A stretch of DNA of 63,655 nucleotides, the filler included, from Collodictyon triciliatum (taxonomy: Eukaryota), in assembly GCA_043381765.1 (NCBI GenBank). It is 10 parts of 10 records of this genome, joined end to end, with 100 filler letters (N's around TTAATTAATTAA, not from the genome) between each part and the next. Parts side by side here need not be neighbours in the genome. Positions count along the whole stretch, not along the records: positions 13,512 to 20,164 come from JBHJMP010004333.1; positions 20,265 to 26,916 come from JBHJMP010004334.1; positions 27,017 to 33,666 come from JBHJMP010004335.1; positions 33,767 to 40,416 come from JBHJMP010004336.1; 6 more parts are not named here. The stretch is one strand, 5' to 3'. Positions 13,716-37,611 of the stretch are shown here, one piece after another. The translations under genes and the position numbers were made by a program. The stretch's first letter is position 1. The number at the start of each line of letters is the position of its first letter. The notes beneath the pieces are model-generated. The model saw only the letters and a program-made list of their open reading frames with translations, was not told the origin of the DNA and ran no database searches.

Positions 13716-16700
13716 GCCCCAAGACATGAATTCAATCAACCTGTGTCATGGAGAGAATACATAAATGAAAAGGTTATCCCTATTTTTTTTCTTAGCAGTC
13801 ACTTTAAACGATCAAAAGTACTTTTTATATATATCATAAATACCTCATAAATAAGTGTAGTTGGTTTAAAAAACCTACTCTAATTAGATACGTACTATTC
13901 TTTAACATTCAATTTTTTGGAACATATATGAACAACATGATAATTACCTTTACAGAGACCTATGTTCCGTGAATGGGGAAAGTATCAAACAGAATTCTAC
14001 TCTTCAGTTCCAGAGAAGCTGAGGTTTACTGATTTTGTATTGTTTCCTGTCCAAAAAATCAAAAATTCTTTTGATTTCTATATTATTTTCCCTCCTAATA
14101 TTCTAATCTAATGAGTGAAATACAATTTAAAATTGAATATAAATTATCACAATTAATATGATTTATCTTGTAATTCAATTCCTATTTAATACATCGAAGG
14201 GCCTTGGAACAGAGATTCGATAAATTCGATAAGATTCAAGAGCAAATAATATATGGTCTCCTATTTTTCTTTCTTTTAAGTTGCATTTATAATATCTTTG
14301 AATCGAATAAAGGAAAATTTTATGTTTGTAATTTTTTTGATATTATAGAACTGGAGTCATACTACACTCGCGCCGGAATATCAGCTATTCCCCAAAAAGA
14401 AATGCATTTGAAGTAAAATTTAATTTGGTGTTTATATAGTCAATCGTCATGCTTTGGCTAAATTTACTTTACTTGCAGTAAAGCTTATCAACTGTCTCTT
14501 GAATTCCCTCGTCGTACACTACTCACAGGAAAGTATGAATTAGAACATAAATAATATTTTTCGGTTTTTTGGATACAACAGCCAAGAATCCATTTATTCC
14601 CTTGTATTTGTTCTGACGATTTTTTCCTCACGATTATGCCATCCAGGAGTCAGCCTCTTCTCACAGCTGATGAAATTTACTCAATTTTATCTGAAGTCAA
14701 AGCGATGGACAGGACTGTCGTTCCATTCTTGAAAATGTGTATTAAAAAGCCTTTGGATGTATGTGCTGATCATACAGATCCATTTAACATCTATAGCGCT
14801 GAGCTCGCCCCAAAAGCAAACGTGGAGGAATGGTTCCATATCATTATCTATATATTTATGATTACATTTTAATAAATCAAAATTTTGTTAATTTGAATAT
14901 CAAAGTAATTTCTCCCTAAAATTGTGACTTAATTCGAAGGACGCAAGAATATCTGAAAGAATTTTCCACTGTATTTATTGGAAAGGATATGTTCGTTGAA
15001 ATTGTAAACCGTATGGAGTTTTATACAAGACTTGCCCAATCTATAGAAACGATTAAAAGGAGTGTATCCCTTACTACTTTGGTGAAACGTACGATACAAT
15101 TTTGAGACTAAAGTATTTACCTATATACTTTTCGATGCTTGCAGGAATAAAGTTAATTGATTAATTTATTAATTTTTAATATAGCAATCAAGGGAATTCA
15201 GAGGATAATAATACATGCAAATTTTACGTCATTGAGGAAAGAAATAGAATTTCTTGCTTCAACTATAAAATACCTGAGGAATCACGTAAGTGTTTCAGTA
15301 CTACGTTTGAAAGGATTTCCATGCTCTTATCATTTCTAAAGAAAATGCCAACATATCCACCATTCTGCACAAAATTGAAAGGAATAATAAAAAAGATTAC
15401 TAAAGAAAATAAAGATTTGCAAAATTGCATAAGTCGATATGAAATTACTTCACTTTATGTACATAGGTTTATAGATTTCTCACCATCAATCGAAGCGGAA
15501 AGAAAGGTTAATTTTAAATAACGCATTTCGTACATCGTCTTTAGATTTTTTCCCCCTTATTCAATTCAAAGTTACATCGTTTCTAGATAATAATATGAAT
15601 GAATTAATGATTTTTAAATATAAATACTTTTTAGTTCAACTCAACATCAATGTCAATCGGAGCCTGGAATGCTCGGAGGATATGCTCGAGTTTGACGACA
15701 TCGAGAAAATAGGATCTGATATTTTAAAGATTGGTAGACACTTTGATTACTTTGACGATAAAAAGGAAAAAAAAAGCAAAATTTTTTTTCGAAGCATCTG
15801 CATCTGTGAATTAATACTTTAAACCATAATTTTTTTCACTGCAGATGTTGAAATACCGATGCTTTATGATGGGCAGAGAAAATCATACGCTGCAAATGTA
15901 AATGAAGATGGCTCCCATCAGATTTTGACTATAGCACCGGGTTCGATGATGGAGGAAGAATTGGTTGAGCTGGATTCATTCTTATAATGTCATAAAGTTT
16001 GTAGACATATGATTCTATTAAAATCATATTTTACTGCACAAAATATTTATAGGAGAATGGATACAGTTACCTGCATCATTTTCGACGCGAAATATATTTA
16101 TTACGTTCTCTTGGAAGACCTTACTTTATGAATTTCATTGGTATGTTTGATCTCATAAGTAAAATCAACCAGAAGGATCTTATATTTGGAAATGATTTAT
16201 GTTATTAGTTCTAATACTTAACTTCTCATAAAAAAAAAAAAAAAAAAGGCGCTGCACCCGAGTCAACACCACCCACAGAATCTTTGAGAGCAAATTTACA
16301 CAATATTCGTATGGTTTTCAATGAAAACTTGGAAGATTACGTCCCGCTATCGCAATTTATTGGTTTACTTTAATTTTTTTCTATTTAAAAATCAACTTGA
16401 GTATCATCAATTCAAAAAACGATTTCCAATAAAAAATATGTCTTTCAAAGCACGATAGTATAGTTTTAGTAATAATTTCAGTGTATCATAGACTTTTTCT
16501 CACCCTTAATTTCACTCTACTCGTAATAAACTACAGTAAACTATTAATTTCATTATAATAATCGTAGAAATGCACGGCCGGTTTAGTTTTGGTGACCGCT
16601 ATTACATCCTACGATACTGGGCAAGCCATTTATTACAGGCTCTAAACCGGTTTCATTTTCTTGGCGGTATTATGAGAGGAATCAAAGCAGACAGAATACT

Positions 16701-19700
16701 TATATCCCCTGATGGGAAGGTATAGTTTCCATAATTCACGTGTAAAGAAAATATTTCTTGTAAGCATTTTCCTTATTATCAGCATTAAAAAATGAATGAA
16801 TTGAATCGCACTAAACCACGTATCAAATTTAACACGCATGTTTCTGAAATTTAGGACATATGCTTCACATCTATTCGAGACTTTGCTTACGCAGATGATG
16901 AAGGAAGTAATAATGTTGTTAAAAATCATGAACCTTTTTCTATGGCTCTGGTAGTGTAGTGTCATTCGCTTAGTTTATTTATAGCGATATCTCAATTTTC
17001 TTTACTATACAGGTGTTCATTCAACGAGGCTAAGCTTTGGTGTCGATGACCCATATGCACCTCCTGAATCATACTTTGTTTGTTTTATTAATGAAAATAG
17101 AGCTTCATTGTAAATAAAGAAGAGCGTGCTATAAATAAAATTTTGATTTACGAATCCAATCCTCAATACATCGCCATATAGTCTACGAAATTTCTATCAT
17201 CAAGCTTTGATGTATGGATGTTTGGGTGCTTACTGTTTGAATTGATGTTTGGTCAAAAGCCAAAGCCATGCTTTACTCCAGAGGAAAGGTGATTAATATG
17301 TATCTATATCACGAAAATCGTATGGAAAGTCAGCAGCTTATTAGTTCATGCTATTTACATTATCAGAACGCGATACCATTATAACTTCTCCGAAATATCA
17401 TCTCTGAAAGATATTAAGCTTGTATACGACCCGTTCGAAGGGTTTGCTTTTCTCTTTTTAAATTAAATGCATAGTTTGTTTGAAATAGGAAAAAGTATAC
17501 TTTTTTTTCTATTCTTGTTGATGTATACCCAGCCAGTTCTTCTGTCCAATCAAATAATTTCCCTTCTAGCTGGCAAAACACAAAAGTTGTATCTAAGGCG
17601 GATGCCAATCCAGGAGATGATAATATTCAGCCAAAAACAACTTTGGTATGCTACCCTACGCTGGATTCAGAATTAGGTTTTTCATTAATGATGCCTTTTT
17701 GTGCTTTTTTTTTTAATATTGTAAATTCCACAAACTATGAATAAAATTCATTTAGGGATACGTAAATGTTAAATATGTCGGATATGCATTGTTCTTATCG
17801 CATTAATATTGTTCTCATCATTTACATTTTAATGTCATATCGTTATGATAATTTCTTTCTCATTAGATGGCATTCAATCAACCGACGATCAATTTGAATA
17901 TCTAATGGATTTCATTGTGAAGGAAGGGTCCAGTTTATCCATGCAGGTTTACATTTTATAATTAAATGGACATAATGAAATTTCATGGCTTACGCTGATA
18001 AATACACACAGAATGTTATTCGAAAGTGCATGGTTGTGAACCCGGTAATTAGAAATTCATTTTTCTTTGTATTGTATGTTAAACTCATTTTTTTTGGAGC
18101 GATATTCAAAATCCTTTCAAAAAACATACAGGAAGATCGAATTAAATTGAATGAATTGTTGAAAATGCCGCAATTCACTTTGAATTCTGAAATCGAATCG
18201 ATAGCCACAAGTGCAATAGAATCCATGATGTCTTCATTTAACATTTATCGGAGCATGGATAAGGTCTCACCTTTCTATCCATGTTTAATGAAATACGAAA
18301 AATTAAACAACGTACGATTTTTTCTACTTTAGCATATTTTTTATTTTGGTTTTTGTACACTAGATATTTGGACACCATTTCCGACAGATGATCGAAAGGG
18401 TATCTATGCGTGACTTGATAAAAATAGACTAGTTTTTAAATTTAAAACTATAACCATTCTTGAAAATAAGAACTAGATGAATTTATCTTTGCTCTCAAAC
18501 TCTTCACCTAGTGGCTGCAGGAAAAAGAATTCTGTTACACCTCTGCAATATCGATAATTAAAAGGATATGTGACACCTTGGAAACACCGCCACTATCTTC
18601 AACAAACGAAATGAAGGACTATTCTGTCGAAGAAAAAGCAGTGTATTACATCTTCATATATTCTTATATTTTCGAGTGACGTGCGTTCTAAGCTGACATG
18701 AATATACACCTTTTAAACATAACTAATGTATTGTTTACCACGCGACGATGTTTTCTTCTTAGCATGATAGAACTCCTGTTTGAATACCGTGTTATTGATA
18801 CGTTGATAATCGTATCAATGAGGAGACTTAAAAGCAAGGAAACAGGGTCAGAGTAAGAATTCTTATGGTCTCTGTCCACATAAAAGATTTCTAGATGTCC
18901 ACTAAACCAAAAATAAAATAAAAATAAAAATAAGACATAGAAGGAATATATATATATATATTTGTATACATATACATATGTATATCGATTCAAAACATAT
19001 ATTTACTCAATAGGAGTTGTATGGAAGCCATCTTGAATATGCTTGAGTTCTTTGTATTTGAGTAAGTTGAAACCATTTTCATCATATTGCCATGGAATAA
19101 AAATGAGATTGTTGGTAAAATTCAAAAGAATTCGATGGTATCTATGACAAAATTAATATTCCTGTTAAATCTTTAGGATGTCCAAATCGCATGGAGCCTA
19201 CAAAGACCTCATACCCGATATTCTGGGGTTTTTCTTACGTGTTCTGATTGGAGAGGTTTCAGTCATCCAGGATTTTTGATTCTGCACACAATTTTAACGC
19301 CTTCATTTGCAGCATTTTTACATCTCTCCTGACTTCTTGTCCTACCTAAAAGGAAGGAGATTTTACCATTCCGTCGACACGCTATGTGGTGGAACCAGTA
19401 GTTTTAGAGATCTCGCACCAGTTTGAATGGATGCAAATATTTAACATTTTCGTAGGGAAGTGCAAGACCAGCAACCGTCAAAATTATTGGCTGGACATTG
19501 GTCTAGAATATTTCCCCCAAAACCAAAACTTTGTGAACTACACATTTACACATATCTAGTGAATGAATATCTGATATCGATTATTTCAACGTAAAGGTGG
19601 ACCGAATTGGACACTTTCCATGCATACTCGAGTCCTTCCGATGTACCAACGCCTACTTGGAGATGACAGTTTGGGAGCAACAGAGTTTGCAATTGTACGA

Positions 19701-20005
19701 CTTTGTTGAATACAATCAAATGCAAGAAATTTGCCAATAAACAGGTTATTCAAATTCTTTTTTTGGATGTGCGCTAGCTACGAGATTTCATGGAGTGTGG
19801 GGCATTCACGATGGTAGACCAGGTTAGAAAGAGTGGCTAAAATATTGCCTTTTTCTGCTGTTGCTGTTGACTATTGAACTATATGTTTCTTCATAGTCTT
19901 GCTTGAGAACGAAAGAATATTTCAGGGAGCTGAGGATGTTCTGCGAAAACATTCCCCGTGTTTTCAAACCACTGAAGTTATCTTCGAAGACAACAATCCA
20001 CACAG
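13716..20005 (+). CDS. Large intron-rich protein with a central pseudokinase domain, partial at both ends
   Basis: Spliced exons give FRREIYLLRSL (alphaC), MRGIKADRILISPDG (in place of HRDLKxxN), ICFTSIR (in place of the DFG strand), YAPPE, DVWMFGCLLFELMFG and IRKCMVVNP-EDRIKLNELL. Further exons continue on both sides. Confidence 0.75.
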
Positions 20006-20117
20006 GTTATCTCTCATTTTTTGTTTCCTCTAATTTTTCTGTAAGGTTTTTGGGGTATTTGAATGAGAACTAAAATGCCATAAAGTATCTGATTAGTAAG
20101 GATTTGACATGTGCATC

Positions 20118-20164
<47 letters not shown>

Positions 20165-20264
20165 NNNNNNNNNNNNNNNNNNNNNNNNNNNNNNNNNNNN
20201 NNNNNNNNTTAATTAATTAANNNNNNNNNNNNNNNNNNNNNNNNNNNNNNNNNNNNNNNNNNNN

Positions 20265-20360
<96 letters not shown>

Positions 20361-20411
20361 GGTATGGGTACGAGAAAAGATTGTAGAGAAATAATAGCTT
20401 AATCGAATCAC

Positions 20412-21395
20412 CTTTTCATAATCCTCATTTTCATCAATATCATCAGCGTTGCTATCATCATTATTATTACTGCTATTGTCCTCATTATTCTGACTTTCTT
20501 CTTGGCCTTCATTTTCCTCATCTTCTACTTGGCTCCCATCATTCTCATAGTCATCTCCAGCATCCCTGTCCTCATGATATCCACCATCCTTATCTCCGTC
20601 ATCAATACTCTCACTGACATCTTCATAATTGACTGCGTATGGAACATTCGTATAAATCTGCTGTCTATGATGATTACTATGCCCGAGAAGAGGCATTTCG
20701 ATATGGCTCTTAATCGGATTCAGAATAGCATTTTGCTGCCCGCTAGCTGAAACAGAAGGAAGTCCGACTCCGTTATGTCCATGTGTACTAGTAAGGTTGA
20801 ATGGCTCAGGTAAGTGTATCCTCCCTGCAGGGATGGAAGAGTCCATCGGCATCGAAGGGTTATAAACCGTATTCATCTGTTGGAATCGCCCAGCCGATGG
20901 AAGCGCGGGCTGTGATACCACTTGAGACGAGATGCGATAAGAGGGTAACTGTGACTCGAGTTTTGCATTACCTGAATCATATAGACCGGAAACTCTGCCG
21001 GGCAAGTTCATATGGGGAAGGGATTGTGAATGAAATCGGGATCGTGAATGAAATCGTGATTGTGATTGTGGTTGTGAATGTGGTTGTGATTGTGGTTGCA
21101 TGCGCATCACCAAGGAGGAGTCTGACCGTATTGTGTCCGGGAATGGGACTGGATCGTTTGAGCGCATTACAGGACGTGTTTCTGTGTGTGTCGGGTATGG
21201 CATACTAGGAAGCAGAGAGAAGGACGGGTCTCTTTGCGTAAAGTCACGGCCATTCGGGTGGAATCCACGCGGGGCGATCGCTTCGACAAACACTGTGTTT
21301 GGGCGTGGCTGAATACTCTGTGTTTGGGCGGCGTCTTGGCGAGGAAGATATGCAGACGGATGCACAGATGGTGCCTTCGTGTGGTAAGGATCCAT
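20412..21395 (-). CDS. Hypothetical protein, first exon: P/Q/S-rich region followed by an acidic D/E/N tract; 3'-partial
   Basis: About 1-kb open frame from ATG ending at an AAG|GTGATT donor before an intronic (TAT)n run at the contig end. Confidence 0.6.
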
Positions 21396-22101
21396 CCCGA
21401 TCTGCGCGGATTTGATATGTATATTATTGGATAGTGTATCGGGCTTACTCTCTCGATCTTATCGAATCCTGAGTTAGTCTTTGTATATTCCTTGTTTTTT
21501 TGACAGGTTCAAGCTGTAATTGCTTCGTTGCGTGTTTTATTGTAAAGACTTGGACGGTTTTTTTTCGACTGTGCCGTTTTTTGTTTTTTTGTTTTTGATT
21601 CATTTCATTTCATTTCATTTAACATAATATAAATATATCAGCTTTGACGGTATTTGACTTTTTTTTTTCCTTGGACGTTTTTTTTTTTTTTGACAGCTTT
21701 GAAGTGATTTTGACGGGTTGGTGAAAGGTTCAAGAAATAAATTGCGAAGATGTCAGCACCGTTTTTTTCTTTTCTCCTCTTTTTTCCACTTAATTTGAAG
21801 TTTCAGATTGGTTCATTGCGAAGCCAGTATCGTTTGAGAATCGCTATATCCGAAGAAAAACAAACAAACAAAAAAAAACCAAAAAAAAAAAAAAAAAAAA
21901 AAACCGGCCTAGCTCACCATTCAGTGTGAATCGGATGTTTCTTTTATTTTTTTTTTTCAACTATCCCTTCGAAATCAAGCGCAAAGGAAAAAGAGAGCGA
22001 GAGTGACAAAAGCATCCCACTATCAAAGAAAAAGATTGTGCGCAAACAATTAGAGCGGTCTGCAAGGAATCTCGTGCTTTGCCATGTTATCATGCATTTG
22101 T

Positions 22102-26755
<4,654 letters not shown>

Positions 26756-27016
26756 CTAAAAAAGAAATAATGGAGTTCAAAATGAGCTTTATATTTATTT
26801 ATTTATCATAAAAATAACTAAAACAAAAACAAAAACAAAAACAAAAACAAAAACAAAAACAAAAACAAAAACAAAAACAAAAACAAAAACAAAAACAAAA
26901 ACAAAAACAAAAACAANNNNNNNNNNNNNNNNNNNNNNNNNNNNNNNNNNNNNNNNNNNNTTAATTAATTAANNNNNNNNNNNNNNNNNNNNNNNNNNNN
27001 NNNNNNNNNNNNNNNN

Positions 27017-27112
<96 letters not shown>

Positions 27113-27398
27113 ACTTACTTACTTATTTTTTATACTTATTTTTTACTTTTTTTTTTTACTTTTTTATACTTTTTATACTTTTTTATACTTTTTTAATTTC
27201 TAATTTTTAATTATTTTTTTACTTATTTACTTTCTTTTTTTTATTGATATCTCCTCCACATAACACATCCCCAAAAAAAGTACTTTGATTTTAGAGATTT
27301 TTTTCCCTTCTGATTTGGGTAAATGAATTATATTTTCAGGCCTTCTGACAAATAAAGGGGGAAAAGCACCAGTTGTCGAATATCTTTTCTTTATGTAG

Positions 27399-33531
<6,133 letters not shown>

Positions 33532-33634
33532 GTGAGTCACTCAGGAAATATATTTTGTTTCCTTTGTTTTCTTTGCTTTCTTTGGTTTTATTTTTCTTTG
33601 ATCTTTCTATTCTCTCTCTCTCTCCCTCTCTCTC

Positions 33635-33665
<31 letters not shown>

Positions 33666-33942
33666 CNNNNNNNNNNNNNNNNNNNNNNNNNNNNNNNNNN
33701 NNNNNNNNNNTTAATTAATTAANNNNNNNNNNNNNNNNNNNNNNNNNNNNNNNNNNNNNNNNNNNNTTTTTGTTTTATTTTTGTTTTATTTTTGTTTTAT
33801 TTTTGTTTTATTTTTGTTTTATTTTTGTTTTATTTTTGTTTTATTTTTGTTTTATTTTTGTTTTTTTTATTTTTTATTATTTTTTTTTGGGGGGGGAGGG
33901 GGAGGGGGAGGGATGTTGCATTTCAGATCGAAAGAATCTTAC

Positions 33943-36793
33943 CATTCGGACCAAAGAGAGGCATCGATTCCTTGGGTGATGAATTCCCAATTAGCAAATT
34001 TTGTTTGAAGAATTTCATCCTCAATCTATTGAGTTTAAGAATATTGAGTTTAAGAATATTGAGTATAAAATATTCGTCAATTTAAAACTCAAATACATAT
34101 GGGAAGCGAAAATAAAATTGGGGTACCTTATTTATGGCGATATGATATAACATATTATTCATGGGTATTATTTCTTACTTTAAAGAGGTTTCTTATCTCA
34201 CAGGGGTTGGTCCTAGGTCAATCAAAAATGAATTTAAGAAATATACCAACTGTGATTCATCAGTTATATTGGAATCAATTTTATGGGATTACATAAAGTC
34301 AGATGTTTTCATCATGTCATGATTTCTCTCTGTGAAATTCGCCCGAAACGTTGTCGTGCCCTTAAATTTTGTCCAAAATCATTGAGACTTACAAAAGGAT
34401 AAAATATGATTTTTTTTCACGATGTAATGAAATATATAATAAAGTACCGATTTACGCTGTTCGTTTGTGACGTAAACGAATGTATTTTTTGAGCAAAGTG
34501 GGAGCATACACCGAGATGACTCTTCCTGAATCGTGTGTGACAATGCTATGTAGTATTTTGAAAGAATTCCGCCGCCCTATGTGAAAGAATATAGAGTGGT
34601 GAATAAGAGGTAGCGTTGAAACGAATGATTGATTTTTCTATAATTTTAGAAAAAGAAAAGCACGGGTGTGAAAGATAACTTCAAGACTGAATCTTACGTT
34701 CTTTACAGTATAATACATCCGACTCGAATCACTACAGACTGAAAAATCCAATATATACGTCACGTTAATTATAGAGGAAATTATCAAGCTATACTCTCTG
34801 TCTCTCTTTTCATCATTAGCAAATTTGATATAAAAGAATTCTAGTTACCTATTACAAAGTGACCCAAGTCTGTCTCTTTCTTGTCATCATTAATGACAAA
34901 TAAATCCACGATGAATACTGTTCTCTATATTCAAAGTTATAAGCAAAAGACGAAAACTGTTCTTGAGATAATTTATTAATGTTGAGATGACAGAGTTCAT
35001 AGATATTTTTTCTTAATAAGAGACCATAGGATTTAGTCTGGTCGTAACATCAAAGGAGCAAAGGTAGGTTAATGAGCCTTCATGTGACGTTTTGTCGATG
35101 AAATACACCTGCAGGAAATGCCAATTCCAATGACGTGTTTATGGTAAGTGGGTAAGTTGATAAGAGTACAATTATATCTAAAATAATGTGATTGACGTGT
35201 GCTAGAGTTACCAGAAGGCTCCCCTTTTTCGTCAGCATGTAAAGTAGATTTTGTTCGTCGTCCGTTACTAAAGCTAATGGTGAATCTGCTTCGTAACCAG
35301 GGTTGATAACCCTACAAGATTTAAAATCCAGTGGGACACCTATTCATTTGATAAGAGAGGTTCAGAGAAAATACAAGCTTACCTGGAGGCCAAATTGAAG
35401 ACGGGACGAAGCATTTTCATGCGGTCAGTGAATATTTCTCGACATGGAAACTGACTTTCATGGGATGGAAGGCCATAAACAAATTCTGAAACTTCGCATT
35501 CTTTGTTAACCATAAATACGTGTCCTTCTTTGGTTACAGCTATCTTTTGTATAAGACTTCCGTTCAGATTCAGGAAGTAGTGAGCTACATATAGTAAGAT
35601 GAGTATTCGAAATTTCATGATTTTCAAGAGACACTGACCGGATATTTAAGTATCTGTTCTAACAATATGGCTTATGGACGCATGCCTTTCCGCGCAGATA
35701 ACAAAGAAAATTCAAGGATATCTTGGGCACTTCATTAGATTAAAAAAAAAGCTACAAACTTCGAATAAGTTTCATAGGTTTCTGGTCTATCCTCCCGTTC
35801 TCGAAATGTATTCCAAGGAGATTCACTTCAATTGTGTTTGCAACAGCGATGAAGAAATGCACATTGGAGAGCTCTCGAAACTCTTGTCGGCTGGGCAAAA
35901 CAGCAACTGCTGTGACCGGAAACTCAAACCCATGATAGGTAATCACTTCACTACGATGATAAAGATCTTAGTTTCAACGCTTAACGAATCTGCATACAAT
36001 ATGCGGCTCTAAGATAAGTGTTGCAAAAGTATGATATTTTAAGCTATGAAAATTGGACGAACCCTGATTCATAGTTCCATAATACAAATGTTTTGTCTGC
36101 ATAAGTCCAAATGCAGAATATGTCTTCTAATATGCCATAACTGGATCTCCTTTGTATTCGAGTGAAGGAATAATATCTTGGAATCTTTGAAGCTTTTTTT
36201 TAGGTGGTGATGAATCAACAAATGAAACTATGTATACCTTGAAAATGATATGATGATGGCATGTGATGTGTGTGGATATTGAATATTTTAAGGAAAGGAG
36301 CTGGAAATTTTATTGTCCTGGCAACACTCCAAAAAGTATTCCCAACGTGGCGATTCAATGGAGTCATCGCCTCTGCTTCAGGGAAATGAGACGACTAAAA
36401 TGTTTTGAAATGGAAAGAAATAAGGACTTTATGAAGAGAAATACTATGTTCCTTTTCTTTCAATTTTTCATTTTATATGCAATTTTCTTATATTTAAATG
36501 CTCTTTTCTTTCCTACATGGAGAGTCACTTTGTTTGGCAATATCGTGTAACAGTGAAGGCAAAAGGACTGAAAGAAGGAGAGACAAAAAAATTAAAAAAA
36601 AAAAAGGAGAGGCTCATAGACGCAATTAAACCTCATAATCCGTCTCAATAACCTGGGTCAGAAACCCAGCGATGCCGTCCTGCTCAGTTTCAAAAGGCTC
36701 CATTCTATCTTCTAAACCGCCGTCTGAGCCGATTGTTTCAGGATACGAAAAAGCTTGGCTTTTTGAGTGGTTATGGCGGTGAGATGTATTCAT
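33943..36793 (-). CDS. NUP155: Divergent nucleoporin Nup155/Nup170 family protein, N-terminal beta-propeller, 3'-partial
   Basis: Spliced segments YGILEDIFCIWTYADKTFVLWNYESG, ITYHGFEFPVTAVAVLP...FFIAVANTIEVNLLGI, IQKIAVTKEGHVFMVNKECEVSEFVY and ALVTDDEQNLLYMLTKKG match, in order, the Nup155 blocks RAWxTID..LFxWNY, AVGLVKP..LVLATPVDIVILG, GRIFLAG.DG.LYE..Y and IAIDNSRNILYTRSEKG. Start codon uncertain. Confidence 0.7.
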
Positions 36794-37263
36794 GTTTTGG
36801 CTGATAAAGAGACTTCTGTTCAATAATAACCATAACCGTTTCATATTACGCAAACGTGAAGTGTTGTTGAAGAGCCCAACAAAGAAGAAGAAGAAGAAGA
36901 AGAAGAAGAAGAAGAAGAAGAAGAAGAAGAAGAAGAAGAAGAAGAAGAAGAAGAAGAAGAAGAAGAAGAAGAAGAAGAAGAAGAAGAAGAAGAACGCCCT
37001 AGTACGTTTGCGGAGAAGAAGGGAGAAAGTGTTGTAAAAGAAAGTATATTTGTGAAGTTTGTACGCACTTCACAAATGAACGCACCCAATGTTAGAAGGG
37101 TCGTTGCTTTGCAGGAAAACGAAAACGAAAATGAAAATGAAAATGAAAATGAAAGACAAAAACAAAAACAAAAACAAAAACAAAAACAAAGAAAACTTGC
37201 GTTGTGGTCGCCATTTTATTGATCGTAAGCAGATGAGGCCATCAAACATAAATAAATAAATAA

Positions 37264-37302
<39 letters not shown>

Positions 37303-37611
37303 ACTGATGATAAAACGAGAAATCCCGCCGAAGATGAGCCCATCCAACTTTCTAATGGCTTCGAGAGTGGCCTTCACTCTTGCTCGCATCTGCCTCTGAT
37401 TTTCAGCTGGCTGCATCTTCATGACCATGACGAAAAGAAAGAAGAAAAGAAAGAAGAAGAAGAAGAAAAGACAGGAAGAAGAAATAAAAAGATAAAAGAT
37501 GAAGCAGGAGAATAATATGTCCGCAAAATCATTGTTTATTCCTTCTAAAGAAAAGAGGGGGGAAATGCCTAGGCAAAGGAGGCTTCGGTGAACCAGTGGG
37601 CCAGTGCGTGG

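Noticed and set aside
35713-35721. ATATCCTT (AT-AC minor donor consensus) on the minus strand in the Nup155-like gene
   Set aside because: It lies inside an ordinary GT-AG intron whose removal already gives a contiguous MKLIRTHYFLNL sequence.
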